Virus record (IMG/VR): IMGVR_UViG_3300025087_000038 | Span: 1 to 64,000 of that record | Source: a virus | Direction: 5' to 3' (one strand) | Length of the DNA: 64,000 nucleotides | Shown: positions 18,101-25,164 of the stretch, piece by piece | Layout of the letters: each line of letters starts with the position of its first letter | Position numbering within the stretch: the stretch's first letter is position 1 | Program-made: the position numbers and the translations under genes | The notes under the pieces: model-generated | What the model saw: the letters and a program-made list of their open reading frames with translations, nothing else | Databases searched by the model: none | What the model was told of the DNA's origin: nothing

Positions 18101-19890
18101 ACTTAAAAGAATGGATAAGTAATGTTATTCCCTTTTGGGAGAACCCTCAGAGACTATACGCTAAGCATTTAGAGATGAATGATGACATAGTCCAAACTGC
18201 ATGTATAGATAAAGATGCAGACCTAAACAGAAATGATTTAGGCGCTACTTAAACTAGTAGTTATGTAAGTAATAGATTGGAATTTGACCCCGTTAATAAC
18301 ATAGCGGCGCTAAATTAGAAATGATTTAGTGGAAAAGTTGACTATATCGGTGGAACTCCTAGCAATAGGACAATACCGAGGAAAGATTTTAAAGGTAAAA
18401 CTTTAAAAAATCCGTAGAGACTGTACGTCAACCTCCTTTGAACTTAAAGGAGATGATACAGGCCGAGCTGTTTGGTAACAAACAGAGTTCAACAGAAATG
18501 GTTGAACCCTTAACTATAAAAAGTTAAGAGTAACAAAACTGTACAAAACGCGAAATGATAAAGACTGGTTACATCGGAGATATTTGGAATTCACAACTGC
18601 GTATAACAAAGAAAGCAACATCCGGTACTGTGTATGCTTTGGCTGACCCTGAGTTCATGGGTGTAATATCCGTTAGGATCGATTAAAAATGAAAATGTTA
18701 ATAGAGAATATTGGAAAAATCATTTTCAGAAAATAGTCGCTTTTATCAGTAATGATAATTGCAAAACCAACTATATCGGTGAAACTCCTGAAAAGGACAA
18801 TACCGAGGGAAGTCTTAGTGACCCCGTAGAGACTGCACGTTGGATTCCTATTAATAGGAATATGATACAGTCCAATCTGAATAGTAATATTCAGAGTTTA
18901 CCAGAAATGAGTAAACCCCAACTAAATTAGTTGGAGTAATAAAAATGTTAGACCAAATGGATGCGCCAGATCAAGAGAACTTATGTCTTGGTTGGATATT
19001 CTATGAGTAAACAAACTTGCTCATATAAAACCTAGCTATATCGGTGGAACTCCTGCGAAGCAGGACAATACCGAGGGAAGAGAGGATATGGACACAAATA
19101 GAAAAGCATTGGCTTATGTAATTGGTGTATATTTGGGTGATGGTTGGATAACTAAGCAAACTATTAATGGTAATGATTACTACACTTTTGGGGTGGCTTC
19201 AATAGACAAAGAGTTTATTGAAAGAGCAAAATCTCAAATGGAAGTGATATTATCTAGATGATCCATACCCGAAGTAAAACACTGGTTAAATAACATGTAT
19301 GCTTTTCAAATAAGTGGTTCACCCTTTTTTAAAGAATTAAAAGAAGAAACTTTTAATAAATTAGTAATTCCTAATTGGATCTGTGAATTAGATCCGTTTT
19401 CAGAGGAACTAACAGAATTCTTTAGAGGGGCTATTGATAGTGAAGGGTGTATTACACGAGGAAATTGTGCAATGGATTTTGGGTTTATAATGAATGTTAA
19501 AGGAGATTGGTTTTTACCATTTGTATCTCTTTTAAAAAACAGGTTCAAAACCCTACCATTAACAAAAAGAAAAGATGGTATTTGGAATATAGAAAAACCG
19601 CTTTATTCCTTTTTACAGGCGCATATACCATTGACTATTAATAGAAAAAGGGACCGAATAAAAGAGTATCTATATAAGGTAAGTCATAGACCTCTCCCCG
19701 TAGAGACTATACGCTGGGCATCTTTAGAATATGGTAAAGATGATGATATAGTCCGAGCTGCATAGTAATATGCAGAGGATATTAGAAATAGATATCCCCC
19801 TAGAAATAGGAGCAACAAACTGACGTAGGAATTGCCGTAATCATAGCCCAAGGCACAGCAAAAGCTACTATTACTGGTAGTATAGCATAG
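15177..19890 (+). CDS. Major capsid protein (HK97-like fold), 7 exons: 15177-15349, 15934-16105, 17168-17404, 18280-18293, 18542-18683, 18948-19008, 19823-19890; 288 aa
   Basis: SD AGGAGG at 15163. Exons total 867 nt and join in one frame: MERTEAQ...LPTAAPM/WYDKDP...RRFNILDR/EQVRARAEM...IMHP...WAKD/EFDPV/TKREMIKTG...ADPEFMGVISVRID/LDQMDAPD...GWIFYEY/VGIAVII...SIA*. The gene follows protease and decoration genes and is followed by a hairpin. Confidence 0.88.
15350..15933 (+). mobile_element. Group I intron 1 in the capsid gene (584 nt)
   Basis: P1 cgat/gtcg with a U-G pair at 15349; P3 tttggc/gccaaa; P4 tgctg/cagca; P7 gagacta/tagtcc; ends aactG. Confidence 0.9.
15542..15850 (+). CDS. Intron 1-encoded ORF of unknown function
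   Basis: 102-aa ORF in the P8 loop; no nuclease motif recognised. Confidence 0.5.
   Translation: MDEIKLKNTLQEYHLFKGVFDSLFKRLLANWDRLELNWIRNEITILSRLFAESKKCLEGIDIETTLEQKKLINLGTLKKKWEKQFRHPWEKFLEKWRPKLFR
16106..17167 (+). mobile_element. Group I intron 2 in the capsid gene (1062 nt; 3' end appears to be A)
   Basis: P1 ttgaccgt/gcggtcaa; P3 cttaac/gttaag; P7 acgacttt/aaagtct; P10 tgttt/gaaca. Confidence 0.85.
16221..17147 (+). CDS. LAGLIDADG homing endonuclease (intron 2)
   Basis: Two motifs, LAYVIGAYLGDG and LINGFMDAEG; the ORF reads on through the ribozyme core. Confidence 0.88.
   Translation: MAKMAKRSFKFEAWTPELAYVIGAYLGDGWLDLNQRYGFGIGSIDKEFIEKVKSCLTTFIKGNLNEIKQSEWNKQQSFKNNTVWKLTFTCKDFVIWLKDSCSGKEHVPINFPKDNILITTELINGFMDAEGYISMNRNRYGKLRFQIGVCCCDSCIFGIIDLCSQLNLLPWKCYKHITKSGRVSNDFRFHVNQIAKSPINFSIERKQKRLVVLRKAIFLNDFTLSDKDLESLSMIKSGLIGDDKRRLEISRPLYAGQGYKFTSSTGKEAVKIQKEKGLLKSFNDFDRCNAAQRRMELGQIKKSKLLPS
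17405..18279 (+). mobile_element. Group I intron 3 in the capsid gene (875 nt)
   Basis: P1 aaaggat/gtccttt; P10 aattt/gaatt; P3 cttagc/gctaag; P7 gagacta/tagtcc; ends gattG. Confidence 0.9.
17488..18252 (+). CDS. PD-(D/E)XK-type homing endonuclease (intron 3)
   Basis: Basic NUMOD-like N-terminus; FRSTWEANVAR...YEP...YKPDFFL...YLEVTG. Confidence 0.78.
   Translation: MDKRIIANRKRIKKTYEELYGIERALQIKAKQSKAQKGVPDGPQSAETIRKKRLIMKKSAKRGSEHYRYNYHYTTDEKKQLSQRSTFGLLKYYSKNSGSRITGGHWSKDGRRVDLDNQYFRSTWEANVARLLNFLKVFWIYEPGRFSLYDENDDLICTYKPDFFLPGCKVYLEVTGRTFGNKLRKLDLFSKKYNLVVIDQGMYVYLKEWISNVIPFWENPQRLYAKHLEMNDDIVQTACIDKDADLNRNDLGAT
18294..18541 (+). mobile_element. Group I intron 4 in the capsid gene (248 nt, no ORF)
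   Basis: P1 ccgt/gcgg; P3 gttgac/gtcaac; P4 tcggt/accga; P7 gagactgt/acaggcc; ends aactG. Confidence 0.88.
18684..18947 (+). mobile_element. Group I intron 5 in the capsid gene (264 nt, no ORF)
   Basis: P1 cgat/gtcg; P3 ccaac/gttgg; P7 gagactg/cagtcc; ends aaatG. Confidence 0.88.
19009..19822 (+). mobile_element. Group I intron 6 in the capsid gene (814 nt)
   Basis: P1 tatgagt/gctcata; P3 cctagc/gctggg; P7 gagacta/tagtcc; ends aactG. Confidence 0.9.
19088..19765 (+). pseudogene. LAGLIDADG homing endonuclease (intron 6) broken by one in-frame TGA at 19259-19261
   Basis: ATG 19088 gives MDTNRKALAYVIGVYLGDGW...ILSR*SIPE..., in frame with ORF 19295, which carries the second motif FFRGAIDSEG. 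Confidence 0.85.
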
Positions 19891-19900
19891 CACTAAGTCT

Positions 19901-19928
19901 TAGGAGGGGTAGACAACTATCCCTCCTA
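19901..19928 (+). terminator. Stable hairpin after the capsid gene (terminator or 3' stabiliser)
   Basis: taggaggggtag-acaa-ctatccctccta; no clear U-tract. Confidence 0.55.
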
Positions 19929-20134
19929 GGATTACTTATCTACCAAGAGTAGAAAAAGGAACGGGGGCACGAAAATGCCCCCTGAAGTTTAAAGGTAATG
20001 GTGATTGAGACAGTCGTAAGTGTGCGATTGGTAGAGCAACCGCTCTCTCGGCCATTTAATTAAATAAGGTTTTAAACATCGTTAAAAAGGTATCTCCAAT
20101 ACCAAAAATAAGGAAAACCGATAGGAGGAATAAA

Positions 20135-20680
20135 ATGGACAAAATAGTAAGAGACGGCTTTGATTCAGCCGAAAAAGAATTAAAGGAAAAACAGATCGCA
20201 GAAGTCAAGAAAATAGTCTTAAAGACACTAGAAAAAATAGAAGGAAAAACTAAAGAACGCGATAAGCTAAGTGAAGAGATAAGACTATTAAAAATGGACA
20301 TAGACGATTTAAAAGAAGGAAAAATAGAAAGAATTGTTGAGAGACAGGAGAAGGATCCAAAGGCAAAAGAAGTAGCAGTAGTAATAATTATCAAGGAAAA
20401 AGAGGTAAGAGAGCTAAGTCCTTGGTATTGGCCATATCAGATTATATGGCAATATCCGGTATATTCTACTCCAGGATTAACGTTTACAGGTGGAACATTT
20501 GGAAGTTATGCAACCAGTAATGCAACAATTGGATTGGCAGAAGGGGCTACAATAACAGGTACTTCAGGCGGTGGCTCTATAACTTTAACATCCGACAATT
20601 GTTGTATAACCAATTCAACGGCAAAAGATGGGGTAGTAGGAAGTTACACAATAGAAAATAAGGTAATACACTTAAGGTAA
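20135..20680 (+). CDS. Hypothetical protein (coiled coil plus Thr/Gly-rich tail)
   Basis: SD AGGAGG; 181 aa. Confidence 0.6.
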   Translation: MDKIVRDGFDSAEKELKEKQIAEVKKIVLKTLEKIEGKTKERDKLSEEIRLLKMDIDDLKEGKIERIVERQEKDPKAKEVAVVIIIKEKEVRELSPWYWPYQIIWQYPVYSTPGLTFTGGTFGSYATSNATIGLAEGATITGTSGGGSITLTSDNCCITNSTAKDGVVGSYTIENKVIHLR

Positions 20681-21372
20681 GTAGAGTATTGGAGATATCC
20701 TTTTATGGGTGAATTAATAAACTTATTTTGGAAGAAAGAAGCGCGAAAATATACCGAATTTAATCCTAAAGACTTCCAGTCTGGGAATGAAGAAGCAGAT
20801 AAGCATAATTTATTGTTTCATTTATCAGTGTTAGATAGCATACTATTAGAGTATGATCCTGAAGATCCTCCAATCAACTCAAAAGAAGAGATAGTTACAG
20901 AAATAGTTGAAGCAATGCAGTACTATAAAGAACGCTTTAACGAAGTTCCAGAATATGAGGGATTTACAACATCGATTACTGTTAAAACAAAAGAAGATAT
21001 GGAAAAAGTATTTCCTAAAATAGAAGAATCTTTTTTAGATATAGTAGAAGAAGGAAATACTGCTCAAGTATCCTTAAGTGCTATAACTACATATCTTGGT
21101 GGTAGAATACAAGAAGGAAAGACTTTTACTAATTCTAAAGGAAAAGTCTTTAAAGTGCTTAAGGTAGATTCTAAAATTCAAAAAGCAACAGTAAAAAGAA
21201 TAGCCCAACGGAGTCAATAAACAATGGCATGTTGTATAACCAATTCAACGGCAAAAGATGGGGTAGTAGGAAGTTACACAATAGAAAATAAGGTAATACA
21301 CTTAAGGTAAGTAGAGTATTGGAGATATCCTTTTATGGGTGAATTAATAAACTTATTTTGGAAGAAAGAAGC
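20600..21372 (+). repeat. 143-bp identical direct repeat (20600-20742 and 21230-21372)
   Basis: Covers the 3' end of ORF 20135, the spacer and SD, and the codons for MGELINLFWKKEA. Confidence 0.95.
20705..21220 (+). CDS. INLFWKK-leader protein 1
   Basis: MGELINLFWKKEAR followed by a unique acidic body and an SH3-like end. Confidence 0.7.
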   Translation: MGELINLFWKKEARKYTEFNPKDFQSGNEEADKHNLLFHLSVLDSILLEYDPEDPPINSKEEIVTEIVEAMQYYKERFNEVPEYEGFTTSITVKTKEDMEKVFPKIEESFLDIVEEGNTAQVSLSAITTYLGGRIQEGKTFTNSKGKVFKVLKVDSKIQKATVKRIAQRSQ

Positions 21373-21694
21373 ACAATTAGGGAAGGTTATAGATTTTGTT
21401 GGCCCGGCACAAGATGTACCTAAAATTCTGTTAGACTACGATGTTGTAAGCGTTAAGGGTTTCCCTGCTAGCGGAACATTTAAAGCTGTAGAACAAGCAG
21501 AAAACTGGTTAGTGGAGAATGGTTATGGCCTTGGACCTATGCAGAGGGATGCCCCTAGGGGTATTGCCAAAGACGTTGATTATATTGCTAAATGGAGAAA
21601 TATCTCTCCAGACGAGTATTCTAGATTAGACGGCGTTATGTTACCAGCACCTGAATTTCGAGAGGGCGGGGCTACAATACTATTTTTTAGGTAA
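21335..21694 (+). CDS. INLFWKK-leader protein 2
   Basis: MGELINLFWKKEAQ followed by an unrelated body. Confidence 0.7.
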   Translation: MGELINLFWKKEAQLGKVIDFVGPAQDVPKILLDYDVVSVKGFPASGTFKAVEQAENWLVENGYGLGPMQRDAPRGIAKDVDYIAKWRNISPDEYSRLDGVMLPAPEFREGGATILFFR

Positions 21695-21711
21695 GAGAAG
21701 AGGAATACTAA

Positions 21712-22671
21712 ATGCCATTAAGTAACTATTTACGAATACGAGAAGATTACATATACAATGGATCAAAAGCAAACTTTGACTTGTATGGAACCGCAAGTAC
21801 CGGACATACAATAACAGTAACAAACCCGTCTGGAACAACTGTAGATACATTTACTATGACTACGGATAACAATGGAATAGCAACCACTGAACGGTCAGTA
21901 GGTGCATCAACTTGGGGAACAGCAATAGGGACCTATACCGGAAAAGTAACTATAGGGGCGACTGAATATTCTGATAATGCTACATATTCATATAAGGAAG
22001 TACTTATAAACCACGGACTAAATACTTTATTTGATTTATTCCAGAATTTAGAGGTAAGGGATGAGGTAGGCGTATTAAACAGTGATAGAAGTCAAGCAAG
22101 GTTTACTTATGATAACTGGCAACGAAAATACGTTCCTCAGTTCTTTAAAAATGATACTACATTTTTAACTTTATGGACAGACATAGACATAGATCATGAA
22201 ACTGGAATAGCTTACCCTGGAACTACCGCACAAGGAGATGAAATAAGCTCTCAGTATAGATTTAAATATTTTACTGATGGGTACTGGGGCGATATTTTAG
22301 ACCTTGCAATAACGATGGGTAATGCGTTAAAACCCCACACAAGTTACAGTATCAATGATGCGCCCGCAGAGTGGGATGATTTACTCGTAATGTATTCATA
22401 CATAAAATCTTTAGAGAAATTATTACTTGATTTAAACTTGTGGCGGACACGGTTGATATTTCCAGACCCAACAGCCATGTACAATACGTTAACAAGTTTA
22501 TTGGCTGCTGCAAGAGCGGAGATGATAGAAATAAAAAAGCAAACAAAGAGACGTGGGGATACAAGTCCAAAAGTGGTAACCAGTTTTAAACAAAGTGTTC
22601 CTCGGAGTGTTAATGGTGTTAACTGGCGGTCCTACAGCATACTTGGTACGTTTGATGCTAATGGCAGTTAA
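21712..22671 (+). CDS. Putative head-tail adaptor/neck protein with an Ig-like N-terminus
   Basis: Located after the capsid gene; Thr-rich beta N-terminus and helical C-terminal half. Confidence 0.5.
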   Translation: MPLSNYLRIREDYIYNGSKANFDLYGTASTGHTITVTNPSGTTVDTFTMTTDNNGIATTERSVGASTWGTAIGTYTGKVTIGATEYSDNATYSYKEVLINHGLNTLFDLFQNLEVRDEVGVLNSDRSQARFTYDNWQRKYVPQFFKNDTTFLTLWTDIDIDHETGIAYPGTTAQGDEISSQYRFKYFTDGYWGDILDLAITMGNALKPHTSYSINDAPAEWDDLLVMYSYIKSLEKLLLDLNLWRTRLIFPDPTAMYNTLTSLLAAARAEMIEIKKQTKRRGDTSPKVVTSFKQSVPRSVNGVNWRSYSILGTFDANGS

Positions 22672-22680
22672 GGAGTAGAA

Positions 22681-23448
22681 ATGACAAAAGAGCACAGAGA
22701 TAAAATATCATTGGCTAATAAACTTTCTTGGATAAATAAACCAGAAAAAGAGAAAATGGAAAGAATCCAAAAGTTAAGCAGAATTACTAAACAATTATGG
22801 CAAGATCCGGAATATATTGAAAAAATGAAGTTACGATATCGCGGAACAGGCATGACTGGTAAAAGACATTCTGAAGAAACGAAAAGGCAAATTTCGGAAA
22901 GGAAGAAAGGTAATGTTCATTTAAGTACAGAATCACGTAGAAAAGTATCTGAATCATTAAAGAAAGCGTATACTTCTGGGAAAAGAACTTTAGGAATGAA
23001 AGGAAGAAAACACTCTTTAGAGATCCGAAAGAAAATGTCAGAATCTCAACTACGGGTTAGACAGTATCCAGAAGTAGTATTAAGGATAATAAAGGGGCAA
23101 CATAGAAAACCAAATAAACCTGAACTAGCATTACAGAACCTACTAAACAACCTTTTACCAGGAGAATATCATTATACAGGAGACGGAAAAATAATCATAG
23201 ATGGCAAATGTCCCGATTTTCTAAATATGAATGGACAAAAGAAACTAATAGAGTTATATGGAACATATTGGCACAAAGGCCAAGATCCACAAGACAGGAT
23301 AGCCTTATTTAAGAAGTTTAGTTTTGATACTTTAGTTGTTTGGGAAAATGAATTAAAAGATACAGAAACACTGAAAATCAAAATTTTAGAATTTCATAAT
23401 AAACCTCACGAAGAACCAGACAAAGTTTTACAGGAGATCTTAGTTTAG
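22681..23448 (+). CDS. Free-standing homing endonuclease (NUMOD3 repeats plus Vsr-like nuclease)
   Basis: GMTGKRHSEETK and GMKGRKHSLEIR repeats; PNKPE...CPDF...IELYGTYWH...VVWENE. Confidence 0.82.
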   Translation: MTKEHRDKISLANKLSWINKPEKEKMERIQKLSRITKQLWQDPEYIEKMKLRYRGTGMTGKRHSEETKRQISERKKGNVHLSTESRRKVSESLKKAYTSGKRTLGMKGRKHSLEIRKKMSESQLRVRQYPEVVLRIIKGQHRKPNKPELALQNLLNNLLPGEYHYTGDGKIIIDGKCPDFLNMNGQKKLIELYGTYWHKGQDPQDRIALFKKFSFDTLVVWENELKDTETLKIKILEFHNKPHEEPDKVLQEILV

Positions 23449-23476
23449 TGTCTAACGGCATAGATAAGGAGTAGCA

Positions 23477-23737
23477 ATGTCTTTAATAAATTTATTTTGG
23501 AAGAAAGAAGGTCAATTAGAAGAATTTAAAGTAGGGAGCAAAATAGTAGTAATAGAAGATAACGAATTTGATCCAAATTCTCCTAGTTCTGGAGATACTG
23601 GAAATGTGGTAGAGATAGATCCTATGGATGTGTTGATTAAAGTAAAATTTGATAGCTGGAAAAGTAAGAGCGGAAGTCCTTTTTGGCACATTAGTCCAAG
23701 TAGAATAAGAAAAATTTATACTAATGGAAGACATTAA
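23477..23737 (+). CDS. INLFWKK-leader protein 3 (SH3/KOW-like body)
   Basis: MSLINLFWKKEGQ, then FKVGSKIVVI...GDTGNVVEID...VKFD. Confidence 0.7.
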   Translation: MSLINLFWKKEGQLEEFKVGSKIVVIEDNEFDPNSPSSGDTGNVVEIDPMDVLIKVKFDSWKSKSGSPFWHISPSRIRKIYTNGRH

Positions 23738-24205
23738 ATGAGTTACGCAAATAGTGTTTCAGAAGTATTAAGGTGGGCAAGACAGCTCGTTGTCGGAACA
23801 GGAAAAGCAGACACTATGCAAAATCCAGATGCTCTTTTGTACATGTCCGATGCAGACGAAATAATAAATTCAATGTTAAGTCCAATATATGCAGTACCGT
23901 TAAACACAATTACAAGGGCGAGTAGACCCGATATTTATCCTGACCCAATACCATTAATAGCCAAACGTTTATCAGCAGGGTTGATGATAAAAAATGTGTA
24001 TACAGAAATAGAACCAAACGCTAGTGCAAGAGGAGAAGAAGAAAGAGCGCAAGCAATGGATATGCTTAGTGATTTTATAAGTGGGTTAGTAGGTGGAACC
24101 GCAAGATTAGCAGGGCAACGTTTAAAAAGCCGGAATCGATTTTTACCACCCGGAGTTTATCCAAATGAGTTGCCAGCTAAACCCGCAACGGTATTAGGAG
24201 TATAA
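23738..24205 (+). CDS. Head-tail connector protein (Mu gp36-like)
   Basis: MSYA...ADEIINSML...YAVPL...PIPLIAKRLSA pattern. Confidence 0.6.
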   Translation: MSYANSVSEVLRWARQLVVGTGKADTMQNPDALLYMSDADEIINSMLSPIYAVPLNTITRASRPDIYPDPIPLIAKRLSAGLMIKNVYTEIEPNASARGEEERAQAMDMLSDFISGLVGGTARLAGQRLKSRNRFLPPGVYPNELPAKPATVLGV

Positions 24206-24685
24206 ATGGTATCATTACAAAACGAAATTCTGAATAGTTTATGGAAATTATTAGATAACAACTTACAATATTTGACAAACAAGTTAACCGAATTTACAAG
24301 TTCACAGCCGATAACAAGGGTATGGAAAGGTGCAGCAGCGGTAATAGACAAATACCCAGCAATAAGGATAGTCCCTCAAGGACGAGATAGCGAATGGGGC
24401 GCAACAAGAAGCCAGGATGACACGTACCGTTTTTCCGTAGAATGTTTCATACGTACTACCGCACAACCGGAAATAGCACAGGAATGGATAGGCGCATTTG
24501 AAGCAGTAGTAATGAACTTATTATTGGAACCTGTAAACCTAACCTTAGATATAGGAAGTGGATTAAAAACTTATGATGGTTATGCCACAAGCGGAACAGC
24601 GCCAGAACGAACCGGAGAAGGAATTTATCAAGCGAATATTGATGTATGGTACAAAACGTGGCAAAGTCCAATAGCGGTTGCTTAA
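24206..24685 (+). CDS. Putative tail terminator/completion protein
   Basis: 159 aa with YPAIRI motif; upstream of the tail tube gene. Confidence 0.55.
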   Translation: MVSLQNEILNSLWKLLDNNLQYLTNKLTEFTSSQPITRVWKGAAAVIDKYPAIRIVPQGRDSEWGATRSQDDTYRFSVECFIRTTAQPEIAQEWIGAFEAVVMNLLLEPVNLTLDIGSGLKTYDGYATSGTAPERTGEGIYQANIDVWYKTWQSPIAVA

Positions 24686-24694
24686 AGGAGAAAA

Positions 24695-24949
24695 GTGATG
24701 TCTAACATAGTAGATTTATTTTGGAAAAAGAAGGCGCAAGAAGACTTTGAAGAAATAGAAGGCCCAAAACGAGAACGAAGGTTTCGAGCTTCAATTTACG
24801 TAGACGTATGGGTAATTGAAACAGACAATATAGAAAATGATAGAGAAGTAGCAAGAAAGGAAGTAGAAGAATACCAAAAAGGGATACCTAATTCGTATAT
24901 TGGAGATATAGGCTGGTTCAAAGGAATGACGTTAGATAGAGAAATATGA
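24695..24949 (+). CDS. INLFWKK-leader protein 4
   Basis: MSNIVDLFWKKKAQ followed by an unrelated body. Confidence 0.7.
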   Translation: MMSNIVDLFWKKKAQEDFEEIEGPKRERRFRASIYVDVWVIETDNIENDREVARKEVEEYQKGIPNSYIGDIGWFKGMTLDREI

Positions 24950-24950
24950 A

Positions 24951-25163
24951 ATGGATAAAAGTATCATTAACATATTTTACAAGGAACAAATGAAAAAGAA
25001 AGCAACTACTGACAAATATAAACTAAATAGACTAAAAGAAGAAATAAACAAAATAATAGAAGTAAGAGAACTAACTAAAGAGGATATGCTGAAATTTATG
25101 GAAAAATATGAAGTAGGAATGCACGATTTACAATTTATCATAAATAAAATAAAGGAGAAATAG
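24951..25163 (+). CDS. Leader-like small protein 5
   Basis: MDKSIINIFYKEQMKKKA. Confidence 0.55.
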   Translation: MDKSIINIFYKEQMKKKATTDKYKLNRLKEEINKIIEVRELTKEDMLKFMEKYEVGMHDLQFIINKIKEK

Positions 25164-25164
25164 T

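Noticed and set aside
19259-19261. In-frame TGA as evidence of an alternative genetic code
   Set aside because: TGA serves as a normal stop elsewhere (ATGA overlaps at 3372, 29937, 35182 and 59220), and long genes read through without recoding.
19963-19982. gggggcac...tgccccc as a tmRNA or tRNA 5' end
   Set aside because: It is a simple local hairpin with no T-arm or CCA end.
22672-23476. Group I intron around the endonuclease at 22681
   Set aside because: No P7 or P3 core and no flanking non-coding space; it has its own SD and is free-standing.
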